A stretch of 64,000 nt of DNA from Clostridia bacterium (GTDB lineage Bacteria > Bacillota > Clostridia > Oscillospirales > CAG-272): NCBI GenBank assembly GCA_017410065.1, contig JAFQRL010000025.1, positions 18,793 through 82,792 of the forward strand. The letters run 5' to 3'. The position numbers were made by a program, and so were the translations under genes. The notes below the pieces were generated by a model, which saw only the letters and a program-made list of their open reading frames with translations, was not told where the DNA came from and ran no database searches. Below, in pieces: positions 1-8,265 of this stretch (position 1 is its first letter; each line of letters starts with the position of its first letter).

Positions 1-285
1 CTTCCCACCCCCGACGTTATATACGGCTGGGATATCCCGAAGGAGATGCGCAAGCCCTCCCCCGCGACGGTGCTTGCTCTTATGGAGAGATACGGCTTTT
101 CAAAGGACGAGGTGCTCGTGGTCGACGACCTGAAGCCCGGCTACGATATGGCAAGAGGCGCGGGAGTCAGATTTGCGGCGGCAGGCTGGGCGTACGACGT
201 ACCCGAGATACGTGATTTTATGAAGAAAAATTGCGATTTTTATCTCTCGGAGGTATCGGAGCTTCGCGCCCTTCTTGAGCTTTAA
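1..285 (+). CDS. HAD-family hydrolase, C-terminal fragment (5' end outside window)
   Basis: Frame 1 is open from the window edge. The C-terminal ...VLVVDDLKPGYDMARGAGVRFAAAGW... resembles the HAD motif III/IV region. Confidence 0.6.
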   Translation, partial: LPTPDVIYGWDIPKEMRKPSPATVLALMERYGFSKDEVLVVDDLKPGYDMARGAGVRFAAAGWAYDVPEIRDFMKKNCDFYLSEVSELRALLEL

Positions 286-331
286 AGATTTATAATAATC
301 TGTAAATAATAAATTAATTGGATTTTTTCTA

Positions 332-360
332 TTGCAATTCGCGAAGCGTTGTGTTATAAT
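332..360 (+). promoter_or_regulatory. Sigma-A-type promoter candidate (TTGCAA-17 nt-TATAAT)
   Basis: -35 TTGCAA at 332-337 and -10 TATAAT at 355-360 with an exact 17-nt spacer, about 170 nt upstream of the 530 start codon. Confidence 0.5.
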
Positions 361-529
361 AAACTACGGTAAATAATTTTTGCGAGACGGCTGATGCCGC
401 ACATCGCCCCAAGCTGTCGCTCTCTTTGCGGCATCCGTTTACTTTTGGCGAGAGTGTGATCTGCCAACGGCGCGAATTTAGTCGCCGTCGGTGCTTATTG
501 CTCCCGCAAAATTCTAGGAGGAACTGAAA

Positions 530-1495
530 ATGAATATCAAAAAGCTTTTAACCATTCTTCTCGCTCTCTCCCTTGCGCTCACTCTTTGTCTCGTCCTTGT
601 TTCCTGTGGCGAGGAGGAGGAGACCTCGGGCGGAAATAAGAAGCCCTCAGACGGCGGAGCAGGCGAGGTAGTTGTCCACTACGGTCCTCTTTACGAGATG
701 ACCTCCGACGGTACATACGCAGTTATCGGCTACCGCCACGACGGCGAGACCACGAAGATCGAGATCCCTGCGGTTTATGAGAAGTGCAAGGTCACATCTA
801 TTGCAGACCGTGCCTTTGAAAACTGCGATTATATCACCGAGCTCGTGCTCCCCGATACCATACTTTCCATCGGAAGCTATGCATTCTCCGCTTGCGACGG
901 CATAACAAGCCTTTCCATCCCCGCAAGCACACAGGAGATCGGCTCTCGCGCATTCTACAATTGCTCGAAGCTTTCCTCCGTTGACTTTAAATACGACGCA
1001 GATGCTCCCGCCGAGCTTTCCATCGGCGCATACGCATTTGCAAGCTGCACCGCACTTAACGGTACTCTTACCCTTTCCGAAAGCGTTTGCTCGGTTGGCG
1101 AGGGCGCATTCTTCGGCTGCACCGCTATCGATTCCGTAGCATTCTCCAAGTCCCTTGCGGCTCTCGGCGATAGCTCCTTCTACGGTTGCACCGAGCTTGC
1201 GAGCGCATCTTTCGCAGCAGGCTGTGCTGTTGAGACCATCTCAGCTAAAGCGTTTATGGGCTGCTCAAAGCTTGCCTCCATTGCACTTCCCGAGGGCGTT
1301 AGCAAGATCGCATACGACGCATTCCGCGACTGTGCTCTTCTCAAGGAGATCACCCTTCCCTCCACTCTTAAGACCATCGGCTCCTTCGCGTTCTACGGCT
1401 GTCAGATAAACACCGTAAACCTCCCCTCTGCCGATTTCCTTAATTCGGTTGAGATGGTTGATAAGTATTCGAACCCCTCTTGGGCAAACGGCTGA
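530..1495 (+). CDS. Leucine-rich-repeat (BspA/LRR_5-like) surface lipoprotein
   Basis: RBS AGGAGG lies upstream. Signal peptide with lipobox (LVSCGEEEE). Repeated ~23-aa units of the form I(P/G)..A F..C..L..(I/V). Confidence 0.8.
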   Translation: MNIKKLLTILLALSLALTLCLVLVSCGEEEETSGGNKKPSDGGAGEVVVHYGPLYEMTSDGTYAVIGYRHDGETTKIEIPAVYEKCKVTSIADRAFENCDYITELVLPDTILSIGSYAFSACDGITSLSIPASTQEIGSRAFYNCSKLSSVDFKYDADAPAELSIGAYAFASCTALNGTLTLSESVCSVGEGAFFGCTAIDSVAFSKSLAALGDSSFYGCTELASASFAAGCAVETISAKAFMGCSKLASIALPEGVSKIAYDAFRDCALLKEITLPSTLKTIGSFAFYGCQINTVNLPSADFLNSVEMVDKYSNPSWANG

Positions 1496-1559
1496 TAGGA
1501 AAAATTTGATATAAAAAGCAAAATGCTCGGTCTGCCGCAGGCGGCACCGAGGATCAAAT

Positions 1560-1601
1560 GGGTAGAAGTATTGTTCGTCAATACCTCTACCCTTGCTTTT
1601 T
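1560..1601 (+). terminator. Rho-independent terminator candidate after the LRR lipoprotein gene
   Basis: 14-bp stem GGGTAGAAGTATTG / CAATACCTCTACCC with one mismatch, followed by TTGCTTTTT. Confidence 0.55.
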
Positions 1602-1827
1602 ATCCCGCCTTATCTTTTTGCTGATAGATAAATGCAATCCCGAGACGGGCTCGCCTCTCGGCGCAAAGCTCGCTTGCGGTTTTCATACCCGCTGTTCCTC
1701 CGATCATTTCGGCAGTTATTCTTTCTCCGGATGGTATTATTTGGCATAATTGCACAAGCGGCGAGACGTAAAATATGCAAAATGTATAAGGTAGCTTTGG
1801 ATTTTTCAATTTTTTTACTTGATTTAC

Positions 1828-1856
1828 TTGACATAAAACTTTAATTTTAGTAAAAT
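1828..1856 (+). promoter_or_regulatory. Sigma-A-type promoter candidate (TTGACA-17 nt-TAAAAT)
   Basis: Consensus -35 TTGACA at 1828-1833, a 17-nt spacer and TAAAAT at 1851-1856. It would give a ~100-nt leader before the 1958 start. Confidence 0.5.
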
Positions 1857-1957
1857 AATCTTCCACCCTTTCGAAACGGGGATAGGGCGGTGGAATAATT
1901 AAACGCAAAAGAAATATAACGGAACGGCAGCCCACCTCGGGCTGATTGGTGAAAATT

Positions 1958-2890
1958 ATGGCAGAAATACAGGCTTTATTTATAAATAAATTGGCGAGGA
2001 AATACCCCTCGGAAATGATAAGGCGCGAGGAGATGACCTACCACGCGCAGGTTCACAGTATTGCAGAGCGTGTTTCGGGAGATAAGAATATCAAGCTTAT
2101 CCTTCTCGCGGGTCCCTCGGGCTCGGGCAAGACCACCTCGGCAAACCTTATATCGGATGCGATAAAGGAGGCGGGCGAGGAGTCGATGGTTATTTCGCTT
2201 GACGATTTTTACAGAACCCACGACGACCCGGGTTACCCAAGATGCGAGTGCGGCGAGAGGGATTACGAATGTCCTGAGGCACTTGACCTTGATTACCTTG
2301 CAAACACTCTGAAGAATATTACTGACGGCAAGCCCTTCTCTGTGCCGAAGTACGATTTCAAAACTGGCTCAAGAGCCGAGATAAAGGAATACCCAAGGGC
2401 AGAGGGTTGCGTCATTATTGAGGGTCTGCACGCCCTTAACCCTATTATCTCAGACAGCCTTCCCAAGGAAAAGATCTTCAAGATATTCGTGAGTGTTTCC
2501 ACAAATATCAACATTGAGGACAGGCGAATTCTCTCGGGAAGAAAGGTAAGATTTGTGCGCAGGCTTGTGCGCGACAGTATATACAGAGGCGCGGATGCGG
2601 AGAGAACTCTCTCTATGTGGCGCGGCGTGCTTGAGGCGGAGGACGTTTACCTCTATCCCTACAAGGCAACGGCTGACGTTGCCTTCGATACCTTCCACAC
2701 CTTCGAGCTTGGCGTTATGAAGTCCTTTGCGGAGGAGCTTCTCACAGACGAGCTTGCCGAGCGCGAGCCCTACGTTCACACGGTGCTTGATGCGCTTCGC
2801 GTGATCGAGCCCATCGATATAGATCTCGTTCCCGAAAATTCTCTTATCAGAGAATTTATCCCCGGCGGCATATACGAGCATCTTTATTGA
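1958..2890 (+). CDS. Uridine kinase/phosphoribulokinase-family P-loop nucleoside kinase
   Basis: Walker A motif GPSGSGKTT near the N-terminus, and length and layout typical of udk-like kinases. ATG 1958 is preferred over the TTG 1946 given in the ORF track. Confidence 0.65.
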   Translation: MAEIQALFINKLARKYPSEMIRREEMTYHAQVHSIAERVSGDKNIKLILLAGPSGSGKTTSANLISDAIKEAGEESMVISLDDFYRTHDDPGYPRCECGERDYECPEALDLDYLANTLKNITDGKPFSVPKYDFKTGSRAEIKEYPRAEGCVIIEGLHALNPIISDSLPKEKIFKIFVSVSTNINIEDRRILSGRKVRFVRRLVRDSIYRGADAERTLSMWRGVLEAEDVYLYPYKATADVAFDTFHTFELGVMKSFAEELLTDELAEREPYVHTVLDALRVIEPIDIDLVPENSLIREFIPGGIYEHLY

Positions 2891-2965
2891 TCTCCAAAAG
2901 CTTTAGGAAGCAATAAAAAACAAAACGAAAAACGGGGGATGAGTCATTAACTTAGCCCTGAAAAA

Positions 2966-3018
2966 GAAAAAGCGGATGTTCTTTACCGAAAGGTATTGAG
3001 CATCCGCTTGCTTTGTTG
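2966..3018. terminator. Bidirectional terminator hairpin between convergent genes
   Basis: Stem AAGCGGATG (2970-2978) / CATCCGCTT (3001-3009), with A-runs upstream and T-rich sequence downstream. Confidence 0.5.
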
Positions 3019-3087
3019 TATAATTTAATTACCACAAAAAACCACACAAAAAGCAGCGAGGTAATTATACAACAATGAGAGAAAAAA

Positions 3088-3963
3088 TCAAGTAGTTTTT
3101 GAAAGCGCTATGAATATTGATGCCGATATAACAAATAACGAGCCTATTGCAGAAAGCAAGCTGATATTTTCATCAAATGCTAAAAAACCGACAACAAGAC
3201 TGGTTATAGGCTCAAGCGTACTCATAATCGATGCCTTTTGCCCGCCGATAATCAACGTGCCGCACTGGAACAAAACAACAGCGCCAACATTTATCAGTAA
3301 AGCGAACGCAATACATAAAATCCAGCCTAAAAAGCTTGACGGTAAGACAAGACTTTGGGTTACAATGGCTACGACAAGTAAAACAACTGCGGCGCCCGAG
3401 GTAGTGTAGAAGCTGAACACAAAATTACTCATACCTACCCGACCGAATTTTCCAAGGAAAAATATGTACAATGCATATGTAAGTCCGGAAAGCAAAGCCA
3501 AAATAGCACCTGTGGGATCCAGATAGCCATTCGGGTCATAGAACATCGCTATACCCGCAACACACATAATAATAGCAACGACATTGCTCCTCGACATTTT
3601 TTCTTTTAAAAAGAGAAAATATAAAAGCAAAACCAAAGCCGGATATATAAAATGAAAAACGGTAGCTGTTCCGCCGCTTATGTAATTATAGGAGTAAAAA
3701 AGCAAAAGGGGTGTAAGAGCGCATCCGAATATTCCGATGCTTACCACCCTCGGTATGGCTTTTAAATCAACCTTGAATGATTCTTTTTTAATTAGACCGA
3801 ACGTAAAGAGAAACGGAAGAGATAAAATATTGCGTAAAACCACAAGACTTATGGGGTTGATGCCTTCGCTGTAAATATGCTTTGCAATAAGCGGCATACA
3901 TCCAAAAAGGATAGCGCTCCCAATTATAAAGAAATAGCCATTTAGTATATTTGTCTTTTTCAC
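3088..3963 (-). CDS. EamA/DMT-family transporter
   Basis: About 10 predicted hydrophobic helices in the two-EamA-repeat layout. The GTG start overlaps the rpiR-like stop (TAGTG). Confidence 0.8.
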   Translation of the reverse strand: MKKTNILNGYFFIIGSAILFGCMPLIAKHIYSEGINPISLVVLRNILSLPFLFTFGLIKKESFKVDLKAIPRVVSIGIFGCALTPLLLFYSYNYISGGTATVFHFIYPALVLLLYFLFLKEKMSRSNVVAIIMCVAGIAMFYDPNGYLDPTGAILALLSGLTYALYIFFLGKFGRVGMSNFVFSFYTTSGAAVVLLVVAIVTQSLVLPSSFLGWILCIAFALLINVGAVVLFQCGTLIIGGQKASIMSTLEPITSLVVGFLAFDENISLLSAIGSLFVISASIFIALSKTT

Positions 3964-4808
3964 TATTCAAAAAGCACCTCAAGTTTTTTATATTCTGACT
4001 CGTTCATTCGCATATATTCCAGAGCATCATCACCGAGCTTCATTGCGGTGGCGTTACACATACAGTCAACAAGCGCGATTGGTGCAACGGATGAGTTTTT
4101 TATACCTCCTATATCAACATAGCACGGTAGTAAAATATCGGAATACTCGGCAATCTCATAATAAGGTGCTGCGCTGACCAGCAAAATCTGTACGCCACAT
4201 TCTTTAAGACGCTTTAATATACGAACAGCCTCTGCTGTATATCTGTGGAACAGAAATACAAGGCAAACGTCGTTTTCATTAAGTGAAAGAAGATATTCAA
4301 CCTCGCCGTTATATCCAACAGGAAGCACAGAAACGTTACGTCTTACAGTAATAAGTCTTGTGTATGTATAATGAGCGAGAGCATACGATTCCTTCATTCC
4401 AAAGGTGAATATTCTTACCGCACCCGCGAGAGCGGAAACGGCCTTATCCATCACCTCATCTGACAGCTCGTCAAATGTTCGTCTGAGGCAATCTAACGCC
4501 CTGTTACAGATGCGACAGGTAAGACCGTCCCTGCCGTCATCGTTTGCGGTTTTCTCAAATTTATCGGGAAGGCTGGAATTAGCCTTCAAATCCTCTCTTA
4601 CACTCTCTTGAAGCTCTTTGTATCCCTCAAATCCTATGCGACGGCAAAATCTAAGAACTGAAGTTGTGCTTGTGCCAATTTTTTCGGAAATAGACTCGAG
4701 GGTTTCAAAGGCAAAATCGCTAATGTTGCTAACGGCAAATAAAGCGACCTTGTATTCGGTTTTTGTCATTTCCGTTAAAGTGTTGTTTATTATCCTTAAT
4801 ACGTTCAT
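3963..4808 (-). CDS. MurR/RpiR-family transcriptional regulator (HTH + SIS domain)
   Basis: N-terminal HTH (...IGTSTTSVLRFCRRIGFEGYKELQ...) and a C-terminal SIS-like region. Confidence 0.85.
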   Translation of the reverse strand: MNVLRIINNTLTEMTKTEYKVALFAVSNISDFAFETLESISEKIGTSTTSVLRFCRRIGFEGYKELQESVREDLKANSSLPDKFEKTANDDGRDGLTCRICNRALDCLRRTFDELSDEVMDKAVSALAGAVRIFTFGMKESYALAHYTYTRLITVRRNVSVLPVGYNGEVEYLLSLNENDVCLVFLFHRYTAEAVRILKRLKECGVQILLVSAAPYYEIAEYSDILLPCYVDIGGIKNSSVAPIALVDCMCNATAMKLGDDALEYMRMNESEYKKLEVLFE

Positions 4809-5023
4809 ATGATACCACCTTAAAAGCTATATATATGTATTATACTTTATTTTATTATTTTTTGCAATATTTTTGTATTAAAAAATCCATTATTATTTAA
4901 AAACGTATTAATTTTCACAATATCGTTGACTTTCCCGAATTTTAATGTTATAATTTGAAAGTAAAAAATACATTTTTACGTATTTTGGTAATAATTATAA
5001 CAAAAAACATAGGAGAAAAAATT

Positions 5024-6142
5024 ATGGGAAAGAAAACAAGTTTTTTATACCTTAGCGAAGAGGACATTATTAAAGCCGGTGCTCTTGATTATGCGCGATG
5101 CATCAATGTTGAAGAGGAGATTTTTACATTACTCAGCGAGGGCGATTACGTTATGGGCGGTGACAAACATAATTCGCACGGAATTATGATGAAGTTTCCC
5201 AAAGAAAGTCCGTTCCCAAATATGCCCACAGATGCACCCGACAGGCGCTTTATGGCAATGCCCGCATACGTTGGAGGTAGATTCAACGTGGCGGGTCAGA
5301 AATGGTACGGCTCAAATATAATAAATCCTGGCAGAGGGCTTCCACGCTCTATTCTTATGGTAATGCTTAATGATGCTGACACCTGCGAGCCGATTGCACT
5401 TATGTCAGCCAACCTTATAAGCTCTGTTCGCACGGGATGCGTTCCTGCGGTTGCTACAAGATATCTTGCGAACAAATCGTCATCGGTGTGTGCCTGTATC
5501 GGAGCAGGCCCGGTCAGCCGCGCGTGTTTTGATGCTATAATAATAGAAACGAAGAATTTAAAAGAACTTATAGTATTCGATATCGTCAAGGAAAAAGCAA
5601 ACGATTTTTGCAAATACGCGAGCGAAAAATACAACATTAAAGCAACTGCTGCAGACTCGATGGAGGATGCGGTTAAAGCCGCAGATATAGTCAGTGTTGC
5701 CGCGTCTCCGATAAAGCCCGTTGAACTGAAAAACGACTGGCTGAAGCCCGGCTCAATACTTCTCTTGAGTGGCAGAGGTAACGTTGACGAAGATTACTTC
5801 TCCTCAGCTAACATAGTTTGGGACAACACAAAAATGCATGAGGTCTATTTTGACGAGCATATGGCTCTTGACGAAAAAGACAGGTTTATTAACGGTATAG
5901 GCGTTCAGATATACCGTATGATGTATGAAGGAAAGCTCCCTCCTATTAACGAAGGAACAAGCCTTGGCGACATAATCCGCGGCATCAAGGTCGGAAGAAG
6001 GAATGAAGAGGAAAGATTCTGCTTTATTGCAGGCGGTATGCCTGTATGGGATGTTGGATGGGGATATGACATCTATAATAAGGCCAAGGAAATGGGAATC
6101 GGAACGGAGCTTAAGCTGTGGGAATCACCATATCTTGCGTAA
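5024..6142 (+). CDS. Ornithine cyclodeaminase/mu-crystallin-family protein
   Basis: RBS AGGAGA sits 8 nt before ATG 5024, whereas the ORF-track start 4955 lacks an RBS. Central Rossmann-type CIGAGPVSRA motif and family-typical length. Confidence 0.65.
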   Translation: MGKKTSFLYLSEEDIIKAGALDYARCINVEEEIFTLLSEGDYVMGGDKHNSHGIMMKFPKESPFPNMPTDAPDRRFMAMPAYVGGRFNVAGQKWYGSNIINPGRGLPRSILMVMLNDADTCEPIALMSANLISSVRTGCVPAVATRYLANKSSSVCACIGAGPVSRACFDAIIIETKNLKELIVFDIVKEKANDFCKYASEKYNIKATAADSMEDAVKAADIVSVAASPIKPVELKNDWLKPGSILLLSGRGNVDEDYFSSANIVWDNTKMHEVYFDEHMALDEKDRFINGIGVQIYRMMYEGKLPPINEGTSLGDIIRGIKVGRRNEEERFCFIAGGMPVWDVGWGYDIYNKAKEMGIGTELKLWESPYLA

Positions 6143-6193
6143 AAACGGCTTTTCGCAAAATAATCTCTTGCCAAAACGCAAGTACTCTTTGCT

Positions 6194-6439
6194 TGGTGCG
6201 GACGATGTCGCTCGTTAGGAAAACAGTCAGTAACTGTTTTCAGAGCGAAGACCGAAAGCCTGTCTTGAGGTCTGTCACGTCAACATCCATACGAAAAGCG
6301 CCCCTTTTGGGGTGCTTTTTGTATGGTGCAGACGATGTCGCTCGTTAGGAAAACAGTCAGTAACTGTTTTCAGAGCGAAGACCGAAAGCCTGTCTTGAGG
6401 TCTGTCGCGTCAACATCCATACGAAAAGCGCCCCTTTTG
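6194..6439. repeat. Tandem duplication of a ~116-nt structured element (period 130 nt)
   Basis: Copy 1 (6194-6309) and copy 2 (6324-6439) differ at only 2 positions. Each contains a 7-bp stem / 7-nt loop hairpin (AAAACAG-TCAGTAA-CTGTTTT). Confidence 0.9.
6295..6321 (+). terminator. Terminator-like hairpin at the junction of the tandem copies
   Basis: AAAGCGCCCC-TTTT-GGGGTGCTTT followed by TT. The stem has a G.U wobble on the plus strand that would be a C.A mismatch on the minus strand. Confidence 0.5.
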
Positions 6440-6468
6440 ACGCACCTGCGATAAAGCAGGTTGTATTG

Positions 6469-6504
6469 AAAAAGACATGTTCATTTTTGAGCATGTCTTT
6501 TTTC
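6469..6504. terminator. Bidirectional terminator-like hairpin
   Basis: AAAGACATG (6471-6479) / CATGTCTTT (6492-6500), flanked by an A-run and a T-run. Confidence 0.5.
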
Positions 6505-6533
6505 TTGCATTATTATGGCATATATGATATAAT
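6505..6533 (+). promoter_or_regulatory. Sigma-A-type promoter candidate (TTGCAT-17 nt-TATAAT)
   Basis: TTGCAT at 6505-6510, a 17-nt spacer and TATAAT at 6528-6533. A second TGcTATAAT lies at 6602-6610. Confidence 0.5.
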
Positions 6534-6654
6534 GTCTTTGAAAATCAAAGCATAACTATACTTTCACTCAACAAATACTTCGTGGAATTGTTTTAGAAAT
6601 TTGCTATAATAAAGTCACAAAAGTGCTTTTGAATACTTTTTGGAGGACAATATT

Positions 6655-7746
6655 ATGTCTATTGGTTCGACCATAAAACGTCTGCGCCGTGAGAAGAATA
6701 TTACTCAGGAACAGCTTGCCGAGTACCTTGGAATTACTTCACGTGCAATCTCTCAATGGGAGTGCGATAGAACCGCTCCCGACATTTCGCAACTTCCAGC
6801 ACTTTGCCATATCTTCGATGTTTCATCTGATGTTCTGCTCGGAATCGATATTGAAAAGAATAATGGGGAAATAAAAAAATACTTGGATACAGCACGGAAT
6901 CTGTGTCACCAAGGAAAGTGGGAAGAATATACCGCCATTCTCCGCGAAGCAAACAAAAAATATCCACGTGATTATAAAATCATGCTGACTCTTGCGGATG
7001 CAATTGTTTGCGAATATTCCCGAAAAGGCATCAAGGAATATGATGAGGTGTTTGACCTTTGCAATCGAATTCTTGCGGAATGTACTGACAGCACTACACG
7101 ATATGAAGCAATTCGTACACTTGCTCTTGCATACAAATATGCGGGAAAACGAGAGGAAATGTTAAAGCTTGCCAAGGAAATGCCGCTCACTCATTTTTCG
7201 TATGAAAACTTTATGATGTATCGTTGGAAAGGTGATGCGGATTTTGAAGAATTCCAGGGATATTTATCGTTTTTGATTTACAACACCGCCGCAATGATTG
7301 AACTCGCAGTTGGTCAAAGGCACGATAACGGAGAATTTATTTATCCACTTGAAGACAGAATTCGTTTGTGGAAAACAGAGGTAGATTTTCTTGATTTGAT
7401 TTTCCCCGATGGTGATTATCAAATTAAAGCTCAGCTTGGCGAAATTGCTTGTAGTTTTCTGTGTACCGCATATCTGAGAAAACAGGACTATGAAGAAGCG
7501 TGGAACTGGCTGGAAAAAGGTGCGGATTTTGCTGTTCATATGGACACATATGATTTTGGTGCGCCACACACCTCGCCCATTCTTCGCGGTTACTCAAGTG
7601 GCGGTTGGATTATGGAGGCAGAAGGCAACCGTTCGCAATCTCTGCTTGAATGGTTAACAAACGATGATGAAGCTGCCGTTTTGCGTTCCGATACCCGTTA
7701 TGAAGTGCTTGTTGATCGATTGAAAAAAGTTGCTAAAAAGCCGTGA
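6655..7746 (+). CDS. XRE-family HTH regulator with C-terminal TPR-like helical domain
   Basis: GGAGG lies 8 nt before ATG 6655, and the track's TTG 6640 overlaps that RBS. N-terminal IKRLRREKNITQEQLAEYLGITSRAISQWE is a classic Cro/C1 HTH. The remaining ~290 aa are helical-repeat-like. Confidence 0.8.
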   Translation: MSIGSTIKRLRREKNITQEQLAEYLGITSRAISQWECDRTAPDISQLPALCHIFDVSSDVLLGIDIEKNNGEIKKYLDTARNLCHQGKWEEYTAILREANKKYPRDYKIMLTLADAIVCEYSRKGIKEYDEVFDLCNRILAECTDSTTRYEAIRTLALAYKYAGKREEMLKLAKEMPLTHFSYENFMMYRWKGDADFEEFQGYLSFLIYNTAAMIELAVGQRHDNGEFIYPLEDRIRLWKTEVDFLDLIFPDGDYQIKAQLGEIACSFLCTAYLRKQDYEEAWNWLEKGADFAVHMDTYDFGAPHTSPILRGYSSGGWIMEAEGNRSQSLLEWLTNDDEAAVLRSDTRYEVLVDRLKKVAKKP

Positions 7747-7934
7747 TTTATTGCCCTGCCTCGCGCGGGGCTTCGCTTTTGTGCCCACAAAAGCAGTGCT
7801 TGTCAGGAAAAGAAGACGGACTTTTGAGGCGCACAAACCAAAGGCTCCCTTGTGTAAAGGGAGGCTCATCACCGCCCGACAGTACACCTAAAAGGTGTAA
7901 CACACTATACCTTGCAAAGCAAGGCGTGTGAAAA

Positions 7935-7971
7935 GGAGTACGAACAAATTGTCCGTACTCCTTTTGTTTTT
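7935..7971 (+). terminator. Rho-independent terminator candidate
   Basis: GGAGTACG (7935-7942) / CGTACTCC (7954-7961) followed by TTTTGTTTTT. Confidence 0.55.
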
Positions 7972-7997
7972 CTCTGCAAGCAAAACCTGCTTTATGG

Positions 7998-8145
7998 AAA
8001 GCACCCCTTGGGGGTGCTTTTTGTATGGTGCAGACGACGGGACTTCCGCCCGTGGCGGCCTTAGCCGACAAACAGTTATCAACCGTTTGGTCCTTCGGAC
8101 AAATTGTTATCGAAATTTTCTCCCTATTTCAAGTCCCTCGCACTT
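7998..8145. repeat. Third, diverged copy of the structured element, with terminator hairpin and four consecutive hairpins
   Basis: It shares 27 identical nt (8011-8037) with 6309-6335. It then has hairpins of 5 bp/7 nt (8037-8053), 4/4 (8056-8067), 7/7 (8069-8089) and 4/3 (8090-8100). Confidence 0.6.
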
Positions 8146-8157
8146 ATAAAACAAAAC

Positions 8158-8188
8158 GGGGCTATCTTAATGAGACAGCCCCTTTTTA
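8158..8188. terminator. Bidirectional terminator downstream of the FGGY kinase gene
   Basis: GGGGCT...AGCCCC stem followed by TTTTT on the plus strand. The complement is followed by TTTTGTTTT on the minus strand. Confidence 0.6.
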
Positions 8189-8265
8189 AATCCAACAAAC
8201 AAAAATCTATCGAAGGCTTTGCGGCGATATGGGAGCTTTTTCCATTTTTCCGACCGCAAGCCTTT

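Noticed and set aside
1600-1935. Minus-strand ORFs (111 aa and 74 aa) in the gap between the LRR gene and the udk-like gene, considered as a possible gene remnant.
   Set aside because: No RBS and no recognisable motif, and they overlap the predicted promoter and leader of the udk-like gene. A decayed pseudogene cannot be excluded, but there is nothing to support a call.
6003-6348. ORFs 6003-6218 and 6118-6348 (and 7928-8149), whose products share ...GADD(V/G)... C-terminal sequences.
   Set aside because: The shared peptide is simply translation of the repeated nucleotide core. There is no RBS, the ORFs run through terminator hairpins, and identity exists at the DNA level only.
8027-8100. Possible minus-strand tRNA gene or pseudogene, with anticodon-like loop UUGAUAA, a T-arm-like hairpin and a 3' CGUCUGCACCA.
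   Set aside because: No complementary 5' acceptor strand is present. The D-arm loop has only 3 nt, the anticodon stem is 7 bp, and the T-loop CGGAAGU lacks the conserved UUCRA. It is reported as a tRNA-like repeat element rather than annotated as a tRNA.
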